A stretch of DNA of 54,595 nucleotides, the filler included, from Heptranchias perlo (taxonomy: Eukaryota): NCBI RefSeq assembly GCF_035084215.1. It is 3 parts of 3 records of this genome, joined end to end, with 100 filler letters (N's around TTAATTAATTAA, not from the genome) between each part and the next. Parts side by side here need not be neighbours in the genome. Positions count along the whole stretch, not along the records: positions 38,213 to 54,595 come from NW_027139185.1; 2 more parts are not named here. The stretch is one strand, 5' to 3'. Below the pieces are notes generated by a model, which did not search any database, was not told the origin of the DNA, and saw only the letters and a list, made by a program, of their open reading frames with translations. Position 1 is the stretch's first letter, and each line of letters begins with the position of its first letter. Both the position numbers and the translations under genes were made by a program. Below are positions 38,213-53,100 of this stretch, piece by piece.

Positions 38213-39249
38213 AATGACTTAAAGCCTTATTGAGGGGTTGTGCCTCAGCAATGAATTATAGGTAAAAATTTGATCTTTTAAGAATGAGAGAGGGAAAACT
38301 GTACAGTGAGAGAGGAGTGAAAGAGAGAAGGGGTTCAGTAGTGAAAAAAAACAGAAGCAGAAAGAAAATGAAAGGAACTACAAAAAAACTAATAAAGTAA
38401 ACAAAATGCATGAAGTAAAAAAAACTGAAAGCAAATGAAATGAACATTTTGCAAAGAAATTGTATTTAAGCCTCAAGGTATTATTTGTTCATGACATACA
38501 GTACCAAGTAACAGAATCTTCACCTACTGCCAGAGCAACTCCAGATGTAAGAGTGTGGTTAAGAACAAACTGTATATTTAGTACACATCAGAACAGGATA
38601 GCAGTTCACCGTCCCTCCCTCTTCTCTCTTTAGAGAATGATCCAGGTTTTCCCCAACCCTCTCCCCCAGCAAGAGAGGAGCCACAAATGTACCTTCTCAC
38701 AGCCCAGTACCTCAGGACAAGTACACGAAAAGGACAGCTTTAGAGTAGTTGGAATATTTCCATGATACTCCAGGGCATATTTGGGAACAGTTCTGAAGGT
38801 CAAACAGGGTTTCATTGACCTGTCAGTTACCCATGAAACAAATTGGTTGCAGCGTGTAATAAGGTGTAGCTTCCAGGACCTTTCTGAATAGCAACCAAAC
38901 TAAGCATCCCACTGAAAGGGGTGGTCTGGAAAGCATTTACTGTCTATTGATCACATAAATAACAATAACAAAGATGGAAACATCCTGATACCCTAAATGC
39001 ACTCTATCTACAGTCACATCAGGATCAGCTGATAACACAATGGGTTGCATGGTTTGAAATGACTCAGAGGTACAACCATTCAATGGGTACATGATGATGA
39101 AGGAGCAGAAATATAGGACCTCCACCACTCCGTACTTTACTATTTGAACATGCACAATGCAAGATTTCTTTTTCACTGATATAGATCGCAATGCAAACAG
39201 AAGATGAGCTGAGAGATCATACATTCCAGTTGAAGATTTTAGTGCTTAC

Positions 39250-39399
39250 CTGGGGGTTTGCTGCCATAACTGTGTAGTTTCCGTCATCATCATTAGTGAC
39301 TGATTCAATGTACAATGAACATGCACCATCACCTTCTCGTGTCATCTTAAAATGTTCATTCTTCTTGGAAATTTGTTTGCCATCTTTAAACCAGTATAC
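39250..39399 (-). CDS. MYPN: Myopalladin exon (second half of an Ig domain: VYWFKDGKQISKKNEHFKMTREGDGACSLYIESVTNDDDGNYTVMAANPQ)
   Basis: ctag| ... |gtaagc, 150 nt, phase 0; continues the exon at 42803-43024. Confidence 0.9.
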
Positions 39400-39487
39400 C
39401 TAGCGTTGTAAAGTATGAGAACTAGTTATTGTAACTGGATGCGTTTGGCTGTATTACAGCAAGTATATATTCAAATAAAATAAATGT

Positions 39488-42400
39488 AAAGGTAGTAATC
39501 TCCGGATTACTCCCGGTGCCACACGCTAGTCAGTATAGAAATAGGAGGATAGAGCAGATGAATGCATGGCTGGAGAGATGGTGCAGGAAGGAGGGCTTTA
39601 GATTCCTGGGGCATTGGGACCAGTTCTGGGGGAAGTGCAGGCTGGGCGGGTTGCACCTCAACAGAGTTGGGACCAATGTTCTCGCGGGGAGGTTCGCTAC
39701 TGCTGTGGGGGAGGGTTTAAATTAATTTGACAGGGGGATGGGCACCAGGATGCACCACTGGAAAGAAGAAACAAGGTGCACAAAGGAGTGTGAGAGACCG
39801 ATAGCACATAGCATGGTATTAGATGGGAACAGACTAAGAGAGAATACAAGAAGGTCTAAGATCAGTTTACAGTGCATGTTTGTTAACGCACGCAACATAG
39901 TAAATAAGGTTGGTGAGCTGCAGACGCAATTAGCCACATGGGAATATGATGTAATGACGATAACAGAGACCTGACTCAAAAAAGTGCAGGATTGGGTACT
40001 AAATATTCCTGGATACAATGTGTTCAGGAAAGATAGGGAAGGGAAGAAAGGAGTGATGGGGAAGGGGTGGCAGTGTTGATTAAGGAGAATATTGCAGTGC
40101 TGGAGGGAGAGGATGTCATGGAGAGGTCAAGGACAGAATCTATTTGGTTAGAGTTAAGAAAGAATAGAGGTGCCATTACACTACTGGGTGTATTCTATAG
40201 GCCACCAACTAGTAGGAAGGAGATAGAGGGACAAATTTGCAGGGAAATTACAGAGAGGTGCAAAAGCCATAGAGTAGTGATAACGGGGGACTTCAATTAT
40301 CCTAATACAGACCGGTTTAATAATAATATAAAGGGCAAAGAGGGAGAGGAATTTTTGTAGTGTGTTCAGGAGAACTTTCTTGACCAGTACGTTCCTGGCC
40401 CAACGAGGAAGGAGGCATTGCTGGATCTGGTTCTGGGGAATGAGCTGGGCCAAGTGGAGCAAGTGTCAGAGGGGTAACATTTAGGGAACAGTGATCATAG
40501 AATCAGAAGGTTTAGATTAGCTATGGAAAAGGACAGGGAGCAATCTAGAGTAAAAATACTTTATTACAGGAGGGCCAATTTCAGTGGGTTGAGAACGGAT
40601 CTGGCCCGGGTAAATTGGAATCATAGACTGGCAGGTAAAACTGTAATCGAACAATGGGCGGCCTTTAAGGAGGAGATGATTCGGGTACAGTCTAGGTACA
40701 TTCCCACGAGGGCAAAGGTAGGGCAACTAAAGCCAGAGCTCCCTGGATAACGAAAGAGACAGAGAATAAGATGAAGTAGAAAAAAGGGGCATATGACAAA
40801 TGTCAGGAGAATCAGGCTGAATATAGAAAGTTCAGAGGGGAAGTGAAAAAGGAAATAAAAGGGGCAAAGAGAGAGTATGAGAACAGACTGGCAGCCAACA
40901 TAAAAGGGAATCCAAAAGTCTCCTATAGGCACATAAATAGTAAATGGGTAGTAAGAGGAGGGGTTGTCCCGATTAGGGATCAAAAAGGAGATCTACTTAT
41001 TGGGGGGAATGGCTGAGGTACTAAATGAGTACTTTGCATCTGTCTTTACCAAGGAAGAAGATGCTGCCAAAATCACAGTAAAAGCGGAGGTAATTGAGAT
41101 ACTGGATTGAAAAAGAGGTACTAGAAAGGCTGGCTGTACTCAAAGTAGATAAATCACCCGGTCCAGATGGGATGCATCCAAGGTTGCTGAGGGAAGTAAG
41201 GATGGAAATTGCGGAGGTACTGGCTATAATCTTCCAATCATCCTTAGATACGGTACCAGAGGTCTGGAGAATTGCAAATGTTACCCCCTTGTTCAAAAAA
41301 GGGTGTAAGGATAAACCCAGCAACAACAGGCTAGACAGTTTAACCTCAGTAGTGGAGAAACTTTTAGAAATGATAATCCGGGACAAAATTAACAATCACT
41401 TGGATAAGTGTGGATTAATTAAGGAAAGCCAGCACGGATTTGTTAAAGGCAAATCATGTTTAACTAACTTGATTGAGTTTTTTGATGAGGTAACAGAGAG
41501 GGTCGATAAGGGCAATGCAGTTGATGTGGTGTAGATGGATTTCCAGGCATTTGATAAAGTTCCAAATAATAGGCTTGTCATCAAAGTTGGACCTCTTGGA
41601 GTAAAAAGGGCAGTGGCAGCATGGATACGAAATTGGCTAAGTGACAGGAAACAGAGAGTAGTGGTGAACGATTGTTTTTCAGACTGGAGGAAGGTATACA
41701 GTGTTGTTCCCCAGGGGTTGGTACTAGGACCACTGCTTTTTTTGATATACATTAATGACTTGTACAATTAAAAAATTTGCAGATTACACAAAACTTGGAA
41801 GTGTAGTGAACAGTGAGGAGGATAGTGACAGATTTCAAGAGGACATAGACAGGCTGGTGGAATGGGCAAGACACGTGGCAGATGAAATTTAACGCAGAAA
41901 AGTGCAAGGTGATACATTTTGGTAGGAAGAATGAGGAGAGGCAATATAAACTAAAGGGTACAATTCTAAAAGGGGTACAGGAACAGAGAGATCTGGGGAT
42001 ATATGCGCACAAATCGTTGAAAGTGGCAGGGCAGGTTGAGAAAGCGATTAAAAAAGCATACGGAATCCTGGGCTTTATCAATAGAGGCATAGAGTACAAA
42101 AGCAAGAAAATCATGATGAACCTTTATAAAACACTAGTTTGACCACAACTGGACTACTGTGTCCAGTTCTGGGCACCGCACTTTAGGAAGGATGTGAAGG
42201 CCTTAGAGAGGGTGCAGAAGAGATTTACTAGAATGATTTCAGGGATGAGGGACTTTAGTTATGTGGATAGACTGGAGAAGCTGGGGTTGTTCTCATTGGA
42301 ACAGAGACGGTTGCGAGGAGATTTGATCGAGGTATTCAAAATCATGAAGGGTCTAGACAGTGTAGATAGAGAGAAACTGTTTCCATTGGTGGAAGGGTCA

Positions 42401-42700
42401 AGAACCAGAGGACATAGATTTAAGGTGATTGGCAAAAGAACCAAAAGCAACATGAGGAAAAACTTTTTTATGTAACTAGTGGCTATGATCTGGAATGTGT
42501 TGCCTGAAAGGGTGGTGGAGGCAGATTCAATCATGGCTTTCAAAAGGGAATTGGATAAATACTTGAAGGGAAAAAATTTGCAGGGCTATGGGGAAAGGGC
42601 GGAGGGATGGGACTAGCTAGATTGTTCTTGCAGAGAGCTGGCACAGACTCGGCGGGCCGAATGGCCTCCTTCCATGCTGTAACCTTTCTATGATTCTATA
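39488..42700 (+). mobile_element. 5'-truncated CR1 LINE: ORF1 esterase end plus APE-RT ORF2 with stops and frameshifts, inside a MYPN intron
   Basis: GLHLN..G (ORF1), NAR.IVNK, ITET, YRPP, GDFN, QHGF.KGKSCLTNL, VPQG.VLGP.LF motifs; ttctatgattctat tail. Confidence 0.92.
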
Positions 42701-42802
42701 TTTAGACAATAATGACTAACTGTAGCAAGCATTGTGGGAGCTGGGTCTGAAGGGAAACAATAGTGTTGATGGTTTAAATATCACAGAAAGTAAAAGGCTT
42801 AC

Positions 42803-43024
42803 TTTTGGCACTGGTATCCCCACAAGTTTGCAGCTGATTGTTACAGGTGATCCTTCAACGACTCGGAAATGTTTGAGTTTCTTGTCGAAGATTGGTGCGA
42901 TGCACTTCCCTGTAGGAATATCCTCATGTTGTATTTCGTCATCAGATTCGTCCACAGGAGTTCTCTCCAAGCGAAATTCAATTTCATTCATCAGTCTTTG
43001 TTCAAAGCCGGACACCCTGTATTC
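42803..43024 (-). CDS. MYPN: Myopalladin exon (EYRVSGFEQRLMNEIEFRLERTPVDESDDEIQHEDIPTGKCIAPIFDKKLKHFRVVEGSPVTISCKLVGIPVPK)
   Basis: tttctag| ... |gtaagc, 222 nt, phase 0; sequence recognisably myopalladin rather than palladin. Confidence 0.92.
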
Positions 43025-44554
43025 CTAGAAACAGAGATTTCCCACACACATTAATACCCTGAAACACTTATTGTATGGATGCAATTGAGGAATAAGGCAG
43101 AATTTTGAGCTGAAGAACTGTAGTAAAATCCAGGCTGTTGGGAAAAAAGCAATAGCATTTGTGGCTAAGGCAGCATAGCAAGAAAGATTGCATGCTAAGT
43201 GCTGAGAAGGCCGACACAGTAACAAACTGACCACAACTTTAAAGGTACAAGGTAGGACTATGAGTAACAGAGAGCACAGAACAGCTGTAGAGCAGAAACA
43301 GCAACTTTTATATGCTACAATACAACTGCTTTGGCAGACATGGCAACTCTAGACAGGTGTACAATGGTTGACAATGAATCTGCTTATGGCCAGTGTATTC
43401 TTAATAATGAAAACAATCTGTCAGTTCTTGATATATTTAAGGTAACTGAACATGTACCTTGCAGCTTTTGCATACATTTGTTATATATAAAAATGGAATC
43501 AAATGTTAGTATTAACTGACAAACTGAAATATAAGTTTAGATTTGCCAAGGATCTCAGTTAGCTGCTGTATCTTTTCTTTATTTCACATATAAAAGGATT
43601 CAAATGAAGAAGCAGCTAAGACACTAACAATGAACAACAAATAGTCAAACTCCTATTAAGCTGCAGATGTTAAAAGCTTTAAGCCTGCTATGCATATTGT
43701 ATTATCTCTGTCCAGATGCTTTCAAAGCACAAACTGTTGGCTAGAACTGACTGACTGCATTGTTTCATCGCCAAAACCATAAATCTATAGATTTTAAATC
43801 ATATGTCTGAATTTCAAAAAAGTTTGTATATGTTAGACAACTTGGTCAAATTGAGTTAAAAAGTAAAGTTTGAATAGGAACATTTTAGAAAATAGTTATT
43901 GTAAAGGACTATATCACTGTGCCTTTTCTCTGTGTAGGACAATCTTTTCTGGGTTACACTATTCCAGACACTTGATGAGCCTACTCAATCTTAATAGTGA
44001 AATATTTAATGTTAAAATAAGTTTATAAATCAGCTTCCATGATAAATGCAAATTTACTTTTTTCCAAATTTATAGCAGTTTAAAATTAAAAATTTTTGAC
44101 CTGAAGTAATTTCTTTCCTGCTGCAGTATTTCTTGTTTGAAACAAACATTAAGGATTTCTGTAATAAAAACAGCAGCTCCAAACCTTTACTTTCAAACAG
44201 GTAAGGAGATCACGCTGGTGGAACTATTGTTCACTCTCTGCCCATCCCATCTCACAACAAAGCACAAGCAGCACAGTGTCACTGATATCACCACGTGGAC
44301 TGATGAGGGGGGAAGGAGCAGTGTGAATAAAGGCATATGAAAGCACAGAGCAAGAAAAGAGCATTAGGTTCTCTGTTTCCAGTCCATGCTCAATCCACCT
44401 TATCTTGGAGACTATCCCACCCATTTAATCTCCCGAGGGAAAATTCAGTATACAGATAAGTGAGCAAAATTCCAGAATATGCCTCTGTCTCCACATTTCC
44501 ACTATTTAATCCAGGAGAATCTTGTCTGCGAAAGGCAGCAGCGCAAGAGCCACT

Positions 44555-45324
44555 GGCCTGGAAATTGCACTGAGTGGCAAATGGATGTTGCCGCCACTCG
44601 TAAGTAACTAACTCACCCACAAACTTTTTGCGGGCTTCTGGGCGCCAACTTGCTTTAATGGAGACCTGTAAGAAGTGCAGGAGTCTTTCCCGGGCTTCTC
44701 TGAGCTGTGCACGCGGGGAAAGGATCGCTCTCTCCCCTCAACCAATAGCTGGAAGCATCATTGACAAGCCGCGCAGTCAGAACCAGGAAGTGAAAGCCAC
44801 TTTCACACAAGCCACGCAGACTAAGAATCGGGAAGTGTCAGGTAGATCAATAAATTCTCTATAAAATTAGTTAGAGAAAGTGAAATAAAGAGAGGGTAAG
44901 ACTAAAAGACAGGCAAAAGGGACAGAAAGAATAAATAAAAAATAATAATTTTAAATTTAAAAATTTTTTTTTAGATATCCCCAGCAACAACTAATATCGG
45001 GAGGATTGAGACTCCACAGTTTTAAAAGTTAATTTTCAGTGTCAGAGAAGTTGTCTGGCAGTCATTAATACTTACCATGCCATTAAAGGTAGTTTAGACC
45101 TAAAAAAACCAGCGTGCTTTTTTATGGAGAGATTAGTTTGTTTCCAGTCGGTGACATCTCTTTAACGCAAAGCTTTCAAACGAGCAGGGCAAATGGTAGA
45201 GCAATTTCCAGATTTCTGCGTTTGACTGCGCATGCACGCTCACCGGAACTTGCTGTTCCATTTGCCCTGAAATAACGGTGAGCCCTGATAGCATCGCCGT
45301 TATTTCATGAGCTATTTCCAGGCC
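44555..45324. mobile_element. Non-autonomous DNA transposon (PIF/Harbinger-like MITE), 770 bp
   Basis: TIRs ggcctggaaattgc / gctatttccaggcc; 3-bp TSD act on both sides; no ORF. Confidence 0.65.
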
Positions 45325-46507
45325 ACTATATTCCATGGAATATTTGAGCCTCTCAAACTTTGCTTGTTCTTTTCCCCATATCTGTTTCTTTTTCTTCCTT
45401 TTCCAACCCTTCTAAAGTGTTTGCGTGACTTTCCAGTTCTGATAACGAGTCCTACTTAAACAACAATCTGTCTTTCTCCATGCAGATCTGCTGTGCATTT
45501 CCAGCATTTTCCCCATCTCCGTAACTTCCAATCCTGTTCCCAGCCAGATATTTTGAAGGGGTTATTCATTGTCTGTTTCACATGTAAGCTACTCTGTGAA
45601 ACCAAACCATCTCATCTCACAATCTAATCTTAAATCTTGCTTGTGCTTGTTAAGTTTAAAGCCATGTCCTCCAGTTCTCCAAGCAACCTCATAAAGGAGA
45701 AAAATGATGAACAGAGCATAAGTGGTAGAGCAGGAGAGGTGTGCAAAGTTATGAACAAATAGGTTGGTTATGAAAAGGTGTTTAAAGGTGGAGAAAAAGG
45801 AAGTGAGGTGGAGGGGCTTGGGGTCAGTGTTACAGAGAGTGGTGCAATGGAGGAAGGGGTGGGGGGAATGCACAGGAGGTCAGAGTTATAGGGAACAAAG
45901 GGCCCAGGATGGGAAATAAGTGTGCAGGAGGTCACAGAGTTATGGTGGGATAGGGCTATGGAGGGATTCGGAAATAAAGATGAGGATTTTGAAATCGATG
46001 CATTGGGGAATAGAGAGCCAGTTTAGACCAGCGAAGCTTGAGATGGGGATGATAGGTAACTACAATATTGTATAGTTTAATTTATCAGTCAGTGACAGGA
46101 TCACGACGCTAGAGAATTCTGTTGTTAGTTTTAGGATCGAACTTTCATGGTGCATTTTGAACCAATGTGAAGAAAAGGTTCTTTTGAAAAGAGAAAGCAG
46201 ATCAGAAGACAGTCAGATAAATTTAGCAGGTGTAAAGAAATTAAACAGCAAGACAGCATGCAACATTTGACCAATGACCACTGAGGGGGCTCAGGCAAGC
46301 AACATTGCAATTGCAGGATTGAAGGCTCCCCAAAGATTTCATCTCCAAAAGACAGCTTCACTCTTCATGACCACGAGCTGGCACATTGATTCCTCATGCA
46401 GTTGGCAGCAATGTGCCCGAACACCACATCTAGTAATGTAGAAAAGAATGATGAGATACGGTTCTGAAAATAAAGAAGAAATAGTAAAACGTGGCTTTGG
46501 ACTTAAC

Positions 46508-46558
46508 CTGTTGTTGACCAAGACTGTTGCGAGTTGATTCGATCAGATATTTAAAATC
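46508..46558 (-). CDS. MYPN: Candidate 51-nt MYPN exon (DFKYLIESTRNSLGQQQ)
   Basis: ttttacccctgcag| ... CAG|gttaagt; phase 0-0, stop-free, upstream of the EYRVS exon. Confidence 0.55.
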
Positions 46559-46679
46559 CTGCAGGGGTAAAAAGAGTTTAATAAATGTCTGAATCTAAAT
46601 GCTTTAAATTTGATCAAAACAAGAACCGAGCCCTTGGATCATGGGGAACCTTCATTGGGAATCTGTAAATAAGTAAGAA

Positions 46680-47110
46680 CAATAGATAGATGCACAGATG
46701 GATGGGGTAGATGGATGGACAACTGGTTAGATTGGATTGGATGGATGAACGTATAGATAGATGGATAAATGCATGTATTGGATGTATCCATCGATAGAAA
46801 GGTGGGGAGACTGGATGGATGGGTGGATAGACTGGATGGATTGGGTTGATGAATAGATTGATGGATGGATGAATTGGATAGATGGATGGGTGGGATGGAT
46901 GGATTGGATGGAAGGCATGGATGGATGGATTGGCTGGGTGGATAGCTTGTATGCATGGATTGGGTGGATGGATTGGAAGAATTTGACAGATGAATTAGAC
47001 TGGTGGATGGAAGGAAAGAGTAGAAAGGTGGATTGGATGATTGGACGGATGGATGACTCGGATTGGTTGGATGGATTTGAAGGATGACTTAGATGGATGG
47101 ATTGAATGCG
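46680..47110. repeat. Degenerate (GGAT)n/(GATA)n microsatellite
   Basis: Direct inspection. Confidence 0.9.
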
Positions 47111-50100
47111 TCGATAGATGAATGGGTGGATTGGATCAATGGGTGAATGGGTGGATTGGATCGATGGGTGAATGGGTGGATTGGATCGATGGATGTTGGG
47201 TGGATTGGATCGATGGGTGAATGGGTGGATTGGATCGATGGGTGAATGGGTGGATTGGATCGATGGGTGAATGGGTGGATTGGATCGATGGATGTTGGGT
47301 GGATTGGATCGATGGGTGAATGGGTGGATTGGATCGATGGGTGAATGGGTGGATTGGATCGATGGGTGAATGGGTGGATTGGATCGATGGATGAATGGGT
47401 GGATTGGATCGATGGGTGAATGGGTGGATTGGATCGATGGATGTTGGGTGGATTGGATCGATGGATGAATGGGTGGATTGGATCGATAGATGAATGGGTG
47501 GATTGGATCGATGGGTGAATGGGTGGATTGGATCGATGGGTGAATGGGTGGATTGGATCGATAGATGAATGGGTGGATTGGATCGATGGGTGAATGGGTG
47601 GATTGGATCGATGGATGAATGGGTGGATTGGATCGATGGGTGAATGGGTGGATTGGATCGATGGGTGAATGGGTGGATTGGATCGATGGGTGAATGGGTG
47701 GATTGGATCGATGGGTGAATGGGTGGATTGGATCGATGGGTGAATGGGTGGATTGGATCGATGGGTGAATGGGTGGATTGGATCGATGGATGTTGGGTGG
47801 ATTGGATCGATGGATGAATGGGTGGATTGGATCGATGGATGAATGGGTGGATTGGATCGATGGGTGAATGGGTGGATTGGATCGATGGGTGAATGGGTGG
47901 ATTAGATCGATGGGTGAATGGGTGGATTGGATCGATGGGTGAATGGGTGGATTGGATCGATGGGTGAATGGGTGGATTGGATCGATGGGTGAATGGGTGG
48001 ATTGGATCGATGGGTGAATGGGTGGATTGGATCGATGGGTGAATGGGTGGATTGGATCGATGGGTGAATGGGTGGATTGGATCGATGGGTGAATGGGTGG
48101 ATTGGATCGATGGATGAATGGGTGGATAGGATCGATAGATGAATGGGTGGATTGGATCGATGGATGAATGGGTGGATAGGATCGATAGATGAATGGGTGG
48201 ATTGGATCGATGGATGTTGGGTGGATTGGATCGATGGGTGAATGGGTGGATTGGATCGATGGGTGAATGGGTGGATTGGATCGATAGATGAATGGGTGGA
48301 TTGGATCGATGGATGTTGGGTGGATTGGATCGATGGGTGAATGGGTGGATTGGATCGATGGGTGAATGGGTGGATTGGATCGATGGGTGAATGGGTGGAT
48401 AGGATCGATAGATGAATGGGTGGATTGGATCGATGGATGTTGGGTGGATTGGATCGATGGGTGAATGGGTGGATTGGATCGATGGATGAATGGGTGGATT
48501 GGATCGATAGATGAATGGGTGGATTGGATCGATGGATGTTGGGTGGATTGGATCGATGGGTGAATGGGTGGATTGGATCGATGGGTGAATGGATGGATTG
48601 GATCGATAGATGAATGGGTGGATTGGATCGATGGATGTTGGGTGGATTGGATCGATGGGTGAATGGGTGGATTGGATCGATGGATGAATGGGTGGATTGG
48701 ATCGATGGGTGAATGGGTGGATTGGATCGATGGGTGAATGGGTGGATTGGATCGATGGATGAATGGGTGGATTGGATCGATAGATGAATGGGTGGATTGG
48801 ATCGATGGGTGAATGGGTGGATTGGATCGATGGATGTTGGGTGGATTGGATCGATGGGTGAATGGGTGGATTGGATCGCTGGATGTTGGGTGCATTGGAT
48901 CAATGCGTGAATGGGTGGATTGGATCGATGGGTGAATGGGTGGATTGGATCGATGGGTGAATGGGTGGATTGGATCGATGGGTGAATGGGTGGATTGGAT
49001 CGATGGGTGAATGGGTGGATTGGATCGATGGGTGAATGGGTGGATTGGATCGATGGGTGAATGGGTGGATTGGATCGATGGGTGAATGGGTGGATTGGAT
49101 CGATGGGTGAATGGGTGGATTGGATCGATAGATGAATGGGTGGATTGGATCGATGGATGAATGGGTGGATTGGATCGATAGATGTTGGGTGGATTGGATC
49201 GATGGGTGAATGGGTGGATTGGATCGATGGGTGAATGGGTGGATTGGATCGATGGGTGAATGGGTGGATTGGATCGATGGATGTTGGGTGGATTGGATCG
49301 ATAGGTGAATGGGTGGATTGGATCGATAGATGAATGGGTGGATTGGATCGATAGATGAATGGGTGGATTGGATCGATGGGTGAATGGGTGGATTGGATCG
49401 ATGGATGTTGGGTGGATTGGATCGATGGGTGAATGGGTGGATTGGATCGATAGATGAATGGGTGGATTTGATCGATAGATGAATGGGTGGATTGGATCGA
49501 TGGGTGAATGGGTGGATTGGATCGATGGATGTTGGGTGGATTGGATCGATGGGTGAATGGGTGGATTGGATCGATGGGTGAATGGGTGGATTGGATCGAT
49601 GGATGAATGGGTGGATTGGATCGATGGATGAATGGGTGGATTGGATCGATGGGTGAATGGGTGGATTGGATCGATGGATGAATGGGTGGATTGGATCGAT
49701 GGGTGAATGGGTGGATTGGATCGATGGATGAATGGGTGGATTGGATCGATAGATGAATGGGTGGATTGGATCGATGGGTGAATGGGTGGATTGGATGGAT
49801 AGATGAATGGGTGGATTGGATCGATGGATGAATGGGTGGATTGGATCGATGGGTGAATGGGTGGATTGGATCGATGGATGAATGGGTGGATTGGATCGAT
49901 AGATGAATGGGTGGATTGGATCGATGGATGAATGGGTGGATTGGATCGATGGGTGAATGGGTGGATTGGATCGATGGATGAATGGGTGGATTTGGATCGA
50001 TAGATGAATGGGTGGATTGGATCGATGGGTGAATGGGTGGATTGGATCGATGGTGAATCGGTGGATTGGATCGATGGGTGAATGGGTGGAATGGATTGAT

Positions 50101-53100
50101 GGATGTTGGGTGGATTGGATCGATGGGTGAAATGGGTGGATTGGATCGATGGGTGAATGGGTGGATTGGATCGATGGGTGAATGGGTGGATTGGATCGAT
50201 GGGTGAATGGGTGGATTGGATCGATGGATGAATGGGTGGATTGGATCGATGGATGAATGGGCGGATTGGATCGATGGATGAATGGGTGGATTGGATCGAT
50301 GGATGAATGGGTGGATTGGATCGATGGATGAATGGGTGGATTGGATCGATGGATGAATGGGTGGATTGGATCGATGGATGAATGGGTGGATTGGATCGAT
50401 GGATGAATGGGTGGATTGGATCGATGGATGAATGGGTGGATTGGATCGATGGATGAATGGGCGGATTGGATCGATGGATGTTGGGTGGATTGGATCGATG
50501 GGTGAATGGGTGGATTGGATCGATGGATGAATGGGTGGATTGGATCGATGGGTGAATGGGTGGATTGGATCGATGGATGTTGGGTGGATTGGATCGATGG
50601 ATGAATGGGTGGATTGGATCGATGGGTGAATGGTGGATTGGATCGATGGATGAATGGGTGGATTGGATCGATGGGTGAATGGGTGGATTGGATCGATGGG
50701 TGAATGTGTGGATTGGATCGATGGGTGAATGTGTGGATTGGATCGATGGATGTTGGGTGGATTGGATCGATGGGTGAATGTGTGGATTGGATCGATGGAT
50801 GAATGGGTGGATTGGATCGATGGATGTTGGGTGTGGATTGGATCGATGGTGAATGGGTGGATTGGATCGATGGGTGAATGGGTGGATTGGATCGATGGGT
50901 GAATGGGTGGATTGGATCGATGGGTGAATGTGTGGATTGGATCGATGGATGTTGGGTCGATTGGATCGATGGGTGAATTGGATCGATGGATGAATGGGTG
51001 GATTGGATCGATGGATGAATGGGTGGATTGGATCGATGGATGAATGGGTGATTGGATCGATGGGTGAATGGGTGGATTGGATCGATAGGATGAATGGGTG
51101 GATTGGATCGATGGGTGAATGGTGGATTGGATCGATAGATGAATGGGTGGATTGGATCGATGGATGATGGGTGGATTGGATCGATGGATGAATGGGTGGA
51201 TTGGATCGATGGGTGAATGGGTTGATTGGATCGATGGGTGAATGGTGGATTGGATCGATGGATGAATGAGTGGATTGGATCGATAGATGAATGGGTGGAT
51301 TGGATCGATGGATGAATGGGTGGATTGGATCGATAGATGAATGGGTGGATTGGATGGATAGATGAATGGGTGGATTGATCGATGGGTGAATGGTGGATTG
51401 GATCGATGGGTGAATGGGTGGATTGGATCGATAGATGAATGGGTGGATTGGATCGATAGGATGAATGGGTGGATTGGATCGATAGATGAATGGGTGGATT
51501 GGATGGATAGATGAATGGGTGGATTGGATCGATAGATGAATGGGTGGATTGGATCGATGGATGAATGGGTGGATTGGATCGATGGATGAATGGGTGGATT
51601 GGATCGATGGATGAATGGGTGGATTGGATCGATGGGTGAATGGGTGGATTGGATCGATGGATGAATGGGTGGATTGGATCGATAGATGAATGGGTGGATT
51701 GGATCGATAGATGAACGGGTGGATTGGATCGATGGGTGAATGGGTGGATTGGATCGATGGGTGAATGGGTGGATTGGATCGATGGGTGAATGGGTGGATT
51801 GGATCGATGGATGAATAGGTGGATTGGATCGATGGGTGAATGGGTGGATTGGATCGATGGGTGAATGGGTGGTTGGATCGATGGGTGAATGGGTGGATTG
51901 GATCGATGGGTGAATGGGTGGATAGGATCGATGGGTGAATGGGTGGATTGGATCGATGGATGAATGGGTGGATTGGATCGATGGGTGAATGGGTGGATAG
52001 GATCGATGGTGAATGGGTGGATTGGGATCGATGGATGAATGGGTGGATTGGATCGATGGGGTGAATGGGTGGATTGGATCGATGGGTGAATGGGTGGATT
52101 GGATCGATAGATGAATGGGTGGATTGGATCGATGGATGATTGGGTGGATTGGATCGATGGGTGAATGGGTGGATTGGATCGATGGATGAATGGGTGGATT
52201 GGATCGATGGATGATGGGTGGATTGGATCGATGGGTGAATGGGTGGATTGGATCGATGGGTGAATGGGGTGGATTGGATCGATGGATGAATGGGTGGATT
52301 GGATCGATGGATGTTGGGTGGATTGGATCGATGGGTGAATGGGTGGATTGGATCGATGGGTGAATGGGTGGATTGGATCGATGGATGAATGGGTGGATTG
52401 GATCGATGGATGTTGGGTGGATTGGATCGATGGGTGAATGGGTGGATTGGATCGATGGGTGAATGGGTGGATTGGATCGATGGATGTATGGGTGGATTGG
52501 ATCGATGGGTGAATGGGTGGATTGGATCGATGGGTGAATGGGTGGATTGGATCGATGGTGATTGGGTGGATTGGATCGATGGGTGAATGGGTGGATTGGA
52601 TCGATGGATGAATGGGTGGATTGGATCGATGGGTGAATGGGTGGATTGGATCGATGGATGAATGGGTGGATTGGATCGATGGATGAATGGGTGGATTGGA
52701 TCGATGGGTGAATGGGTGGATTGGATCGATGGATGAATGGGGTGGATTGGATCGATGGATGAATGGGGGTTGGATTGGATCGATGGGATGAATGGGTGGA
52801 TTGGATCGATGGGATGAATGGGTGGATTGGATCGATGGGTGAATGGGTGGATTGGATCGATGGATGAATGGGTGGATTGGATCGATGGATGAATGGGTGG
52901 ATTGGATCGATGGGTGAATGGGTGGATTGGATCGATGGGATGAATGGGTGGATTGGATCGATGGATGAATGGGTGGATTGGATCGATGATGATGTGGGTG
53001 GATTGGATCGATGGATGAATGGGTGGATTGGATCGATGGGTGAATGTGTGGGATTGGATCGATGGATGAATGGGTGGATTGGATCGATGGGTGAATGGGT

